Shown: one piece after another, positions 52,948 to 64,000 of the stretch
How the letters are laid out: each line of letters starts with the position of its first letter
Numbering within the stretch: position 1 is the first letter of the stretch
Source: Kondoa subrosea
Taxonomy: Eukaryota
Length of the DNA stretch: 64,000 nt
Assembly (NCBI GenBank): GCA_039545335.1
Contig: BCIN01000001.1
Span: forward strand, 3,165,136-3,229,135
Direction of reading: 5' to 3'
Made by a program: the position numbers and the translations under genes
The notes under the pieces: generated by a model
What the model was told of the DNA's origin: nothing
The model's database searches: none
Seen by the model: the letters and a program-made list of their open reading frames with translations, nothing else

Positions 52948-55764
52948 CTATGATCTACGCTCTTTGCCTACATCGAATATCTTTGAAATTTCCGCCACTG
53001 CTACCCTGTCATTTTCCAACTCTTGACGCAACTTCCTGCGGTTCACATTCGCCAAAAGTAGCGCGCGAACCAATCTTCTTTGATGCAGTGTCTTCACCAG
53101 TCCTCTTCTCTTGACCGATCGCTTGAGACTCCTGTTGGCCAAATTCCTGCCTTTCCTAACGTTTCTTTCCAAAACCTCATCAATCGGTTTTCCCGTAGCT
53201 AAGAATTCAGCCACGTGTTGTTGAGCTTTCAAAGCATCCGAACTAGAATTGATGTTCATGAATCGTTTGATTCTTGCGTTAAAGAGAATCGTAGTCGATA
53301 AGATTTGATCAATCATGCCTCTTCCAGCTACACGCGAACCTTCGCCTGGTGCGTTGGCGACATTTGCCAAAGCTTGAACAGTTGCAGGGACGTTGCCTAG
53401 TTCTGCCCAATTATGTGCAGCGGCTCGATGGCTCTTGTTATCCCAAACGATATCCAACTTATACATTGTACGTTCTAACCGGTTCAGAAGCTGATCTTTG
53501 AAAACACCATAAGGAAGAGAATGAATAGCTTTGAGAATGTAAATGTAAGCTGGAGCCAAATGACGAATAAGGTATTGCTGATTAGCTTTTTGCAAAGTCC
53601 AGATGGCCATTTTGTATCTTTTCTGAAGAAGATAGCACCCGATGATGATTTCGAAATGTACAGCATGCGGTGCTCGACCAGCTTTCACAATACTGTAATA
53701 CAATAAATGCCAAAGTGCACCTGGAGTATCTCTGCGATCGCCATACATTCTTGCGAAGGTTTTCATCTGTAGGCCTATGATTTTACTGTTGCCGCGATGA
53801 ATAGCAAAAGGCGCGAGAATCTTCAGATCTTCTCTTCCAGGTTTGTAGCCAAGTATTGCCTGACCAAGAGCTTGACTATCTCGGAGCAAGTTACGACGAG
53901 AGGAAAACCTTCTGTTGACAAGAGCCAAAAGAGCCGAATTCGCTCGCCATTGGATATGACTTGGATTCAAACCTTTCACTCCTAATTTCGCAATGAGCTT
54001 CAGGAGTTTGCTATCCAGAAGTCCAGGTTGAGCTGAGTACCACTCTATCCAAATTGATATGGTCGTGTCATTGGGTGATAGCTTGTAGGCCAGCTGGGAA
54101 TGGATCAGCAACTTCAATGCGCTTTCTGGACCAGAAGTAGCCAATACAGCCCGAAAGAGAGTATTGACCATTCTGATGGTAGGTCTCCTGTCCATTTCTT
54201 TTCGTTTGGCTGGGTTGGGATCAGTTTTGATCTTCCAAACGAAAGGACTTGATCCTTCTCTTGTCCTGATATACTCAAGCATGCTGAAAGCCAATTCCAA
54301 ATCTCCTAAAGCGCAAGCGACTTGAATTTCTGCTGCTGCTATTTCTTTCCCAACTTCCGCATCTATCTTCAACCGCATTACTCGCATACATTTCTTGACA
54401 CGGTCAGCTTGCATCTTGGTATCAACTCCAGGTACAACACAGCCATGCAAGAGGTTGATAAAAGTTTGACCATTGGGAGGAAGTAATTTTGTCAAAGGTC
54501 CAGGAGCCTCCAAGAAGGGATAGAGATTGAAACGCTGGGTGAAGACTTCCCAAGCTTCTTCTGACTTCCTTTCAGACCCAAGCAGAGAGATGAGCGCGTT
54601 TGTGATGTTCACATTCTCTTTGAGCGAAAGATTGTGCATGTCCTGCGCGACTGCCTTCAATATTGATCCGCGATCGGCAATTACGCGATAACCTTCCAAC
54701 ATGGCAAGGTAGAGATCAACATTTGGCTGATAGCCAGCTTGTTTTCTCGCAGCAAGCATCGCTTTCGCCGATGGTCGATCGTGCTGAAAAAGGTACTCCT
54801 TTATCAGAAGAGTGTAGGTATGATGCAGTGGTTTCGAGAAAGGGGGAGCAATTTGTAAGAGTAGCTGAAGAGGAGGCGTACTTTTGTAAAGGATAGATCC
54901 AGTGTCGGCGTGCCGGCCCACGTTGGCGAGAAAATGAGCGTGCAAAAGATGAGGCGTCCAGAGACTTGTTGAGCCAGTTATTTCGGCCACAAAAGCCTTG
55001 GCGGCTAGAACTTTTGACTTCAGTGGCCTGTGGCCAATTTGCGAAGATAGACTGTCTACGACTTTTGCGAAGTATGAATCGAACCAGCGAAGAATATGCT
55101 GTTCTTTGGCGACAACGCTGACCAGATCCGGAAATGAATTTTGTTTGCCAGCGAGAAGCAGAACCATCAAGAGTTGTCCGTGGTATGTTTCGGCTCCAGC
55201 CGCAGCTTCATCAAGTTCTGCTCGTACAGATCGGAAGCGTTCAATAGTACCGTTTGTGATGTAAAAGTGGAAAGTACTGCGAGCTTTGACAAGCAGATCC
55301 AGAAAAAGTTGAAATTCCGCCAGGGTAATTGTAGCCACTTCCTTTGTAGGGAGTGCATTGAACTTGATCAAGGCATCATAAGCGTTACCGTCCATTGTCG
55401 CTTGCCTGAACTCATCCACTGTTGCCTTCAGCTGAGATTTCCGTAAATGTTTACGTCCTTGACCTTCGACAGCACTGATGCCTCGAACATCGAGAGGTAG
55501 GGTACTGGAGCCCGGAAGAAGGTAGTCCTGTAACTTGGATGTGATAATCGAGTCTTCCTTCGCTCTACATGGCTTGGTGAAGAAAGATCTTCGATATAGT
55601 TGCAACGTAGGTGGTTTGGCTCGTGAAAGCAATAGCTTCGATGCAGTACCAGTTGAAGGTCTTCGGACATAGTCTTTGACAGCGATGACAGGGCGCGATC
55701 GTGAGAGAGTACCATGCTGGAAAATATTGGCTCTGTATGCGCCTTTGGCTTGAGCAATGAGCAT
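52948..55764 (-). CDS. Probable mitochondrial pentatricopeptide-repeat (PPR) protein
   Basis: 938-aa single ORF; Arg/Ser-rich presequence; PPR-like helices (HTYTLLIKEY, GYQPNVDLYLAMLEGY, NITNALISLL, PNGQTFINLLHG, PTIRMVNTLF, PNDTTISIWI). Confidence 0.8.
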   Translation of the reverse strand: MLIAQAKGAYRANIFQHGTLSRSRPVIAVKDYVRRPSTGTASKLLLSRAKPPTLQLYRRSFFTKPCRAKEDSIITSKLQDYLLPGSSTLPLDVRGISAVEGQGRKHLRKSQLKATVDEFRQATMDGNAYDALIKFNALPTKEVATITLAEFQLFLDLLVKARSTFHFYITNGTIERFRSVRAELDEAAAGAETYHGQLLMVLLLAGKQNSFPDLVSVVAKEQHILRWFDSYFAKVVDSLSSQIGHRPLKSKVLAAKAFVAEITGSTSLWTPHLLHAHFLANVGRHADTGSILYKSTPPLQLLLQIAPPFSKPLHHTYTLLIKEYLFQHDRPSAKAMLAARKQAGYQPNVDLYLAMLEGYRVIADRGSILKAVAQDMHNLSLKENVNITNALISLLGSERKSEEAWEVFTQRFNLYPFLEAPGPLTKLLPPNGQTFINLLHGCVVPGVDTKMQADRVKKCMRVMRLKIDAEVGKEIAAAEIQVACALGDLELAFSMLEYIRTREGSSPFVWKIKTDPNPAKRKEMDRRPTIRMVNTLFRAVLATSGPESALKLLIHSQLAYKLSPNDTTISIWIEWYSAQPGLLDSKLLKLIAKLGVKGLNPSHIQWRANSALLALVNRRFSSRRNLLRDSQALGQAILGYKPGREDLKILAPFAIHRGNSKIIGLQMKTFARMYGDRRDTPGALWHLLYYSIVKAGRAPHAVHFEIIIGCYLLQKRYKMAIWTLQKANQQYLIRHLAPAYIYILKAIHSLPYGVFKDQLLNRLERTMYKLDIVWDNKSHRAAAHNWAELGNVPATVQALANVANAPGEGSRVAGRGMIDQILSTTILFNARIKRFMNINSSSDALKAQQHVAEFLATGKPIDEVLERNVRKGRNLANRSLKRSVKRRGLVKTLHQRRLVRALLLANVNRRKLRQELENDRVAVAEISKIFDVGKERRS

Positions 55765-56154
55765 TCACTTCGAGCTTATCGCTCGAGTGTTAGGAGGGCT
55801 GATTTTGGAAGCATCAGCAGAGCTTCCAAGTCAAGCAGACGTGGACCTCACGAGAGCTCAAAATCACGACTCGATGCCAATCTTAACGAATTGAGATAAT
55901 TCCGCAAGCCAACACTGTCAGTCATGGTACTCAATTAGTCACTGAGCAAGAAAAGGTGACACACTACTTACCAGTGCCTCATCTGCCAACGAAGACGGTC
56001 GACCTCAGATGACCAAAGTATTCGAAAAGTAGAATGAGAGCGGACGAGTCGGAGCTAATCTTTACAGGACGTAACGAATAGCGACTGGAGCATGATCATA
56101 CAAAGTCCGCTACTGGATTGAGCCATGATACTGTACAAACAAATCGGAAGCTGT

Positions 56155-57509
56155 CTACAGCTGCGCCCGTTGCTCAACGACCGGCTCTTCCGCCATCAAG
56201 CTGCCACTCATCGCTTGCTGTCGTCCACCAGCAACTCCATCCAATAACTTCTTGCCCAAAGCCGATTTCATCAGTTGATTGGCTTTAAAAGATGATCTGA
56301 CCAAAGGGCCGGAAGCGACGTATAGGAAACCCATCTCTTCTGCTTTCTTTGCCCAGAAATCAAACTTTTCTGGTGAGACGTATTCGTGCACTTTCATGTG
56401 TCGTTTTGTCGGTCGCATGTATTGACCAAAAGTGACTACATCCACATTGACTTTCCGCAGCTCTACAGAAAGCATGTTAATATCAAGGCACTATTGAAGT
56501 ATGCAAGTGAACATACCGCGCAAAGTAGCCTTGACTTGATAATCCTCTTCTCCTACTCCTAACATGATACTTGTTTTGGTGATTAATCCAGGTTTGGCTT
56601 CTTTAGCCATTCGTAAAACTTCAAGCGATTGCCTGAACGTCGCTCTCGGATCTCGCACAAAAGGTGTTCGCTCTTCTGTTGTTTCCATGTTGTGCGCATA
56701 CACATCCAAACCGGATCGTGCGACTTGACTTATGCAAGCTTTATCACCAGCAAAGTCGCCAGTAAGTGCTTCTACTAGGATATGAGGTGCTCTAGAAATC
56801 GGTAAGCCAATAGGACCGAGGATGTCTTGTTGAAGCAAACTCACTTTTGTTTCAGTTTCTGTATCGTCTCCGTGAAATGAGCAGCTCCTCCGTCATGTAG
56901 ATCTGTGATTGACTTTCAATTAGTAGCACAAGAGTAGATACATGCAGTCAGCTCACCATCTCTATCCACACTGGTCATGACTATATATCCAACACCCCAT
57001 CGTCGAATAGCTTCGGCAGTGTTCTCGGGTTCCATTGGATCCAAAGGTGGAGGGGCTTTCGAAGTCTTGATAGAGCAGAACCGACAGCCTCTAGTGCAAG
57101 TATCGCCCATAAGCTGTTTCCTCCCGCAAATCAGCCCATTCCTTTCACTGGTTCAGACAAAGCTAACCATGATAGTAGCTGTCGCTTGCTCTTTTCCTCC
57201 TCCCCAGCATTGACCTATGTTAGGACACCTTGCTTCCTCGCATACAGTATGTAAATTGAGACCTCTCAGATCTTTCTTGATCTTATTGTACGAAGCAGAA
57301 GTGGGTACAGAAGTCTTGAGATAGGACGGCAAACGAGGTGTCTTGCTCTTGCCTAGCAGCACAGTCTGGGTTGAAGAGTCTTCCCCTGTAATAAAGTCAT
57401 CCAGGGAAGGACCTGAAGCGAGAGTGTCGCGAAATTTGGACGTAGAAGCTGTTGCAGCAGTCGCTAGCGTGCGCCTAGCGGCTGGTATGGCTCGCTGAAG
57501 GGTATTCAT
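56155..57509 (-). CDS. LIP5: Mitochondrial lipoyl synthase (radical SAM)
   Basis: [51 protein letters not shown]. Confidence 0.97.
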
Positions 57510-57777
57510 GGTGTTGATTGATCAGGTACAACACATAAGGGTGGCAATTCAAGATTATAAGGATTCAGAATGCTTCTTCTTATGCCGTCTTGTTGAGTAA
57601 TCTGATTTCATCACACTCGATTCTGATCGACCTGTGGCACCCATCGCACTTCATTCTGTGTATATCTATACCCTCACAACCACTTAAGAGTCGCAGTTCA
57701 CCAAGTCCCAAAACATTGTTGAAACTTGCAAGAATAGATAGCGGCATAATATTTGCGATCAGATCAGCCTAGAAGCA

Positions 57778-58977
57778 ATGTCAGTGACAGACTCATCAGG
57801 CGAACCTAGTCCGTACGTCTGCTTGCGCACGATCGTCCTCCGAAGATCAATTGTTGATTCACGTTCATGAACATGTTTAGTCAAAGAGTCTGGGCAACTC
57901 TACTTACCTCTCCTTCCTACCTTACAGCAACTTTGGTCCTCAACCATTCGTTAAAGAAACATGGCTCTGAATATCCTTTAGTCATTTTCGCTCCTCCTGC
58001 TTTACCATCCGCAACTCGCAAGATTCTGAAGAAGGCTGGATTAGAGATCAAGGATATTGAATACGTCTTGCCCGCTTCTGCTGAGAATAAGAAGAACATG
58101 AATCCGGATGAATTGAGGTTTAGGGAAACGTGGAGTAAATTGGCAGTCTTCTCGCTTGAGGAGTATGAGGTTTGTTTCTTCTTCTCGTTAATAGGTTGCG
58201 CAAGAGCTGAATGAAATAATAGCGAGTGATCCTGCTAGACGCCGATATGCTTTGCGTGAACAATATGGACGAATTGATGACCATGAATTTACCTGAAGGA
58301 CATATCGCAGCAGCTCATGCGTGCACTTGTAATCCAAGGAAGCACAAGCACTATCCTGCAGATTGGTACGTCAGTACTTCCGCGGCATTGAAGCCAGCTA
58401 AAACACTAACAGGACTCCAAATAACTGTGCACACTCTGAAGCAAGATTGACCAAACCGGTTCGAATAACTCCAGCTTCAAGACCAACACACCATCTTCTC
58501 AATTCCGGTCTTGTGGTCTTGCATCCATCAAAAGAAATTTTCGAATCTATGCTTCACACCTTGGACACCGATCCAAGAGTCGCAGATTTCGTCTTCCCTG
58601 ATCAAGATTTCCTAGCCATGTTCTTCGAAAACAAATGGACTCCCTTGGGTTATCAGTACAACGCTTTGAAAACTTTGAGGGATTGTCATTCTTCTATGTG
58701 GAGGGATTCGGATGTGAAATTGGTTCATTATATTATGGAGAAACCTTGGAATCATCGACCTGATTCTCCAGATTCACCTGAACAAGATCGCTATCTCGCG
58801 AAATGGTGGTGGACTGAGTACGAGGAATTGGTTCATGAATGGTTAGGCAAGAGAGAGCTGGGTCAGATTGAGAAGAATGTTGCAAAAGGCAGTCCTTTGA
58901 TGGAGCGAAGGTCGTCAGCAAATGGATCAGCCAATGCTGATGTGGACGGAATGAGTTCAGAAGAAGAGCAGAAATAA
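57778..58977 (+). CDS. Glycosyltransferase family 8 (glycogenin-like fungal subgroup)
   Basis: WATLLT..SYL; WSKL; LLDADML (DxD); HACTCNP; NSGLVVL; FPDQDFL; YNALKTLR; VHYI..KPW. Confidence 0.9.
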
Positions 58978-59625
58978 AACAAAAGTACTCGAGGTGCATT
59001 GAGCGCAATGGGTCCTGTTATAGATGTGTTGAGCCTTGTATGACTTCTGTTGCCGAAATAAATAACTTATTAGTGTTACACTGTAGTCTAACGGAATGTT
59101 TAATGTGTTGACCTTTTCCGCTGTCGCGATATTTGACTCGTACTTCAATCAACAATATTCGATGCCAAGAACTATTTCTGGCTAAGTGAGTATAGGAAGT
59201 CGAATTTGTTCCAGCAGAAGCATCACGACCAGAAATTGGCGCGCAATATACTAATCTACGCTAGAGCGCTACCAGAAAGAGGATAGATAGCAAGATCTTA
59301 CAGAGGTGCTGTAGATCAGCCAAGACTTGTATGAGACATCTAAGGAAACGGTGTGAACGAGTACAGCATGACGGCAGTCGTGAAACAATAGACATGAGAC
59401 AAGACGATCGATAGCGATACAGTGTACAGACGCGTAAACGCAATACACGCTGCATTGATACGCAAAGCCGTGATCATGCTGTTCGAAGCCTCGGCGTGGA
59501 TTAAACACTTGTGGCCAGGAAAAGCAAGGTGGAACAGACAACACATAGAGAAATCCAGTACGAAGGCACATAAACTGAGACAGATTGCAGAAATGCTTCG
59601 ACATGCTTGATAAAGGACAAGCGAG

Positions 59626-61017
59626 ATGTATACCCCTCAAGCCTTGTCATTCGATACCTCGGGCTCAGAACCGTACTTGATATCACTTTCGAGGCTTGCT
59701 GCATCGCAATACGCAGTTGCTTCACTGGACCAAGTCAAATTCTTTGATCTTGCGACTTTACAATTCTCTTCATCTGCTATTCAAGCTCAAGGTCTGATCA
59801 GGCAGACGGATCCATATGATCCTCATGGAATAGCCATTACTACCTCTGAATCTCTTTCTCTCTTTGACTTGCGCTCGAATACGCTTGTAGCTACTTTCCA
59901 AGATTCGAAACGAAGTCCTCTACTATGCGGAGCTGTAGGACAAACGGATTCTAATGTGGTTGCAACTGGTTCAGAACTGGTGGGAACAGATGCATTCATC
60001 AATATATGGTCTGTCGCGAAATGAATGTAAAAAGCTTGCAGATCAGTTAAGGCAAAGGCGAAGAACAGGGACGTCAGGAATCCGTCGACTGCTGCTGTCT
60101 CGTATAATGAAGCACACGGAAACGATATAGCTTCATTATCATTTCACCCCAATCCTACTCTGCCTCATTTACTGTTATCCTCTTCTACTGTTCGTTAAGA
60201 CTTGACACTGCTTTTCCCTTTGCTTATTTACCTTGTCAGGATGGACTATTCTCGATCTTCGACACCAGAATAGCAGATGAGGACGATAGGTGGGCATTTG
60301 GTAGTTTTTGCTGGTTAATCCAGCTAAACGGTCATTTGTGTCACAGTATACTAGAAGTAGGCAACGTCGGTGCTTCGCTGAAAAGAGCAGACTGGTCCTC
60401 TTCTGCTCCCGATACCTCCATATACTGTCTAACGGATCATGAATGTGTTTCTACCTGGACATCAACTTCTGTTGAATTAATACAAGATCTTGGAGATTGT
60501 AGAGAAAGAGTATTGAATTCGGATGGATGGAAAGCGGATTACATTGTCGATTCTTGCTTGGACAGCCAAGGGAATGTCAATCTCTTTTTGGGATCAAATA
60601 CGTGAGAGGCTGTCTATATTATGTATCATGTCGTCCACTTATCAATAGGGTAGTCGCGGCATAATGCGGATGCGATCTTTGGACGCTTCGACGGGCGATT
60701 TGCTGCAAGGAGGTCACAGAGAGGATGAAATGATTCGCTGCGTTGCGATAGCCGATAACGTATGTCTACATCTCTCTATCTTGGAGATGTAAGAGCTGAG
60801 ACGTGTTCTCGCAGGATGTCGTTTTGACTGGTTCGCTACCTCTGACAGACATGTTTCATCGCACTACTGACCTTTTTCCGCAGGCGGAGAAGATAATCAG
60901 CTTGTAGTATGGACGTCTTCTGCATCATCTTCCGCAATCGACATAGATCAGCCCACATCGTCGCGGCCAAAGAAATCAGCGAAAGACAAGCTTCGTTTCA
61001 ACCCATATTCACGATAA
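59626..61017 (+). CDS. WD40 repeat protein, WDR89/YNL035C-like
   Basis: GSEL...DA.I.IWDVR; Y.EAH.NDI.SLSFHP; LLSSSTDGL..IFD; TGGED..L.VW; C-terminal PY-NLS-like KLRFNPY. Confidence 0.8.
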
Positions 61018-61089
61018 TAGTACAATGAGATCTTGCATGTGGTATAATGAATGTAAAAAATACCTTAAACACGTTACACACAGCAATTC

Positions 61090-62412
61090 TTATGCCCGTC
61101 TCTTAATCAATCTCCCAGAACTAGAATACATCGGACCTTTTCTCTTCTTTCCACCTCCTCCGCCATCTCCATCATCATCATCATTAAAGTCATCATCGTC
61201 GTCGTTACCTGATGCTTTGTATTCCTCCTCTTCATCATCATCTGAAGTATCGTCATGCTTTATTCCATCAGATTCAGATTGATCGGAATAATCCTTTTCT
61301 TTGCCTTTTCTAGTTTTCTTTGTAGTTGTTGAAGCTCTACGAGTAGATCTAACTGGTCTAGGAGAAGGAGGTTTGACTGGTGGTGGTTGTTGTTGTTGTT
61401 GGACAGGTTGAGGTTGAGAAGATTCTCTTTTGATTTGAGGTGGGAGTTGAGCTTGTCTGATTCTTTGTTGTTGTTGCTGTTGTTGCTGCTGTTGTTGTTG
61501 CTGAAAGTGCTGTTGATAAGCATATTGCTGTGGGTTGAAAGTTGCTGGATTGTTCTGTAACATTGCTGGAGAGATTCCAGACATGAATTGATTGTTGTTA
61601 TATTGATATTGATGAGGATACATTTGATGTTGTGGCATTTGAGGAGCTTGAGTTTGAGCTTGAGTTCTTTGAGATTTCAATAGTTGGGCTTGTAGTTGAG
61701 CCATGTGAGCTTGTGAAGCTTGAGTTGCATTCATAGGCTGAGCAGAAGAGGAGGAGGAGGAAGAGGAAAGCTGTTGCTGCTGTTGCTGCGGTTGTTGTCT
61801 ATGTATCTGAGCATACATTTGTTGCTGCTGCTGAGCTGTAGCCGCTGGTTGTCCTAACATCGAAGATGGATTAAACATATATCCCGGCATCAGATTTTGA
61901 GCCGTCGGAGCTTGAGGGTAGTAAGGGAAAGCTTGTGAAGGATTAGAAGGTACTCTTTGAGGTGGCTGAGCTCTGGGTTGCTGGGGCTGCCTTGTAGGCA
62001 AGATAGCTTTAGATCGCTCTTCTTCTCGTTTTGGCTGAACAGGCTGCTGTACTACGGGAATGGACGAAGCAGGTACAGGAGCAGGTACAGGAGCAGGTAC
62101 AGGTGTAGGAGGCCTTGATCTGCAATCTTGCTTTAGCCGACAGTTGCTGATGTAACTTGGCATTCAGACTCACCTGGGCTTCTCTTGCACTCCTGCAACG
62201 TAGTCCAGCATGCTGCCTCTGTCCACTTGATAAGTAGCAGTGCCATAGTCCCACTGAGCAGGGCCTCTCATCTTCCTAGCCCAGAGCAATAACGAATTCC
62301 AGCCTGCTGCATCCTTGTATCCTCGCTTGTCGCTGTCCGTCTTGTTCAAGAACTCTTCATTGGCTTGTGCTCGTGGTACCAAGATTGAAGTCACTGGCTT
62401 CTCTGATCTCAT
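61090..62412 (-). CDS. Gln/Pro-rich low-complexity nuclear protein with a small N-terminal folded motif
   Basis: Exon 1 (ORF 62170-62412) spliced to ORF 61090-62163; polyQ tracts, acidic stretch, basic NLS-like end. Confidence 0.78.
62069..62103. repeat. 12-nt coding tandem repeat (GCAGGTACAGGA)x3 encoding PVPA repeats
   Basis: Direct inspection; minus strand reads PVPAPVPAPVPA. Confidence 0.8.
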
Positions 62413-62481
62413 CTAAGTCGTGGTCTTGCGCAAACAGGTCTTCCAACATCAACGACTCGATATCGCTAAGGAAGCCGTACA

Positions 62482-63251
62482 ATGGGACGCTCAGGTTGGA
62501 CACTCGGCAGTACGATGACCCAAAGTATAGGCTGACAATTGAATATACAGGAATTCGAGGATACGCAAATGAAAGCAAACCTGAATCTGGGCCGCAAAAG
62601 AAGCTGCTAGTACACTATTGTATATGTGGAGAGTTCGTTGTAAGCTCAGAGTGTTAGAGTGCTGCCTGAATGCGGCTGTCTAATAGTGGATATGCTTGCA
62701 GCTGGTACTGGACCGACCATTGAAAGTATTACCCAGAAGACCAGTAGACGCATCGTATGTGCTCAGGAATAGAGACTCGAAAGTGGATCCGGAGAAGAAG
62801 GCGCATGTATATAAGCTGAATGTGCGAGTAGAAAAGATTCCTGTTCTCGTACGCAGGTATGTCATGCATTTGGGCTGGCATACAGCTTACTGATGATACA
62901 ACAGGCCGGAAGGGATAGAAAAGCTCTATAGAACGAGGTGTACACGATGTGTAAGTCTTCGCTTCCACGATTCCGAAGATCGCTCAACAGAATACAGGAT
63001 CTACATGTTGGCTGGGAAACGGTAGATCCTCAATTCATCAAGGAGAAGGGTGAGAAAGTGAAAGGCGACTACTCATATCTGCTCGATGTAAGCTTCCATC
63101 AATGCTTGCTTGGCGTCTGACAACATCTCAACAATCTGTACAGGGCGCACTGACGGAAACTCAAGCCAAACTACCGCCTACTGCCTTTGAAGAACGAGTG
63201 GGCATGTTCGCTGTGCAAGACAAAGCAGACGAAGTCATGCAAGAAGCATGA
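62482..63251 (+). CDS. STEEP1: STEEP1/CXorf56 (UPF0428) family protein
   Basis: HYCICGEFVLVLD..L..LPRRP.D.S; RRPEGIEK.YR.RC.RC.L.VG; YLLDGAL. Confidence 0.85.
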
Positions 63252-63448
63252 AGATTTTGCCTCGACTCTATTCGCTTCTCAGATTGTTCTGGGCTGCTTG
63301 TATATTTGTGATGTATAGTAGGTTTTAGTCGTCAATCGATATTGTGGAGACGATTCATCGCTTTGACCTCGAGCTCCTGTCTTCTACCTTTCCTTTTTCG
63401 CTTTCTTCCTCCTCTTTATGTTGGTCAAGCACATCAAATCCATTGAAT

Positions 63449-63847
63449 ATGGGAGCGTTCTTCTCACGTCTTGCTAGAATATCTTCCTGGATAGGCAAAG
63501 CGCTCGAGGTGTGCAGATTCTGCCTTCTCCGTATAAGCTGGGGATCTCAATCTGCCCCTCAGTTCTCGGTGTTGGCTATCGCAGATCTGCTCACTATGCT
63601 CATTGGGGCTACTTTTGGTTGTCTATCCGGAACTTGTCTATGTCTAGCTAGTGAGGTCTAGCTTTTGCGCAGTGTCATTGAAGCTGATTTTATATATATA
63701 TAGGTATTTCATGCTGCTGCAATGCTTCAGATCCTCAACAAATCTATGGCAACGAACTCTTCTCCCTGCCCTCGCCTAATCAAGCGACGAAGAAGATGGA
63801 AGGTGCGCGAACGCGGAAAGCGACGAGCAAATGTTATAGCTGGATGA
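63449..63847 (+). CDS. Small hypothetical membrane protein, possible N-myristoylation
   Basis: MGAFFS start; two phase-0 GT-AG introns; hydrophobic middle and Arg-rich tail. Confidence 0.5.
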
Positions 63848-64000
63848 AGCCGCAAAAGAAGCAGAAGGCTATGATTGAGTAAATGAAACGTGTAGTGGTA
63901 TTATTGACGGCAGTGAAAGACCCTTTTCGTTTGCATTAGGTGAAAGACGTGTTTGGACTTTCATCCTGACTTGGCACTTGACAAAATACTTCTGTAATCT

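Noticed and set aside
56155..56166. LIP5 C-terminal AQL as a PTS1 variant
   Set aside because: Non-canonical tripeptide on a protein with a clear mitochondrial presequence
59269..59640. Cys/His-rich minus-strand ORF upstream of the WD40 gene
   Set aside because: No coherent exon structure or motif could be built; probably intergenic

Overview
Eukaryotic, gene-dense and very intron-rich fungal DNA. Introns are mostly 45-65 nt with CTRAY-like branch points, and the gene content points to a basidiomycete yeast, possibly Pucciniomycotina (inference). I assembled about 36 spliced protein-coding genes by hand. Housekeeping genes: ATG7 (truncated by the window edge), ECO1, INO80, NUP57, ICL1, phospholipase D, uL13m, a PPR protein, LIP5, a WDR89-like and a STEEP1-like gene. 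Others: fasciclin, NmrA-like, MYND, GT31, GT8, Usp, two F-box proteins, a cupin, a DUF676-like hydrolase and several orphans. I found no transposon, rRNA, tRNA or CRISPR array. Most notable observations: (1) a compact SDR-SDR-Baeyer-Villiger monooxygenase-family VIII esterase block with a nearby decaying monocarboxylate transporter, a candidate alcohol/ketone/ester catabolic cluster; (2) extreme splicing, including a 2-nt microexon needed for the conserved C-terminal QF of isocitrate lyase, two abutting introns (zero-length exon) in the BVMO, an intron that only fits with a TT donor, and several GC-AG introns; (3) a Q-rich orphan whose N-terminus resembles the PHF10-SAY/Rsc7 chromatin-remodeler motif. 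CDS coordinates span first to last coding base including introns. All family calls come from motif recognition, not database searches.
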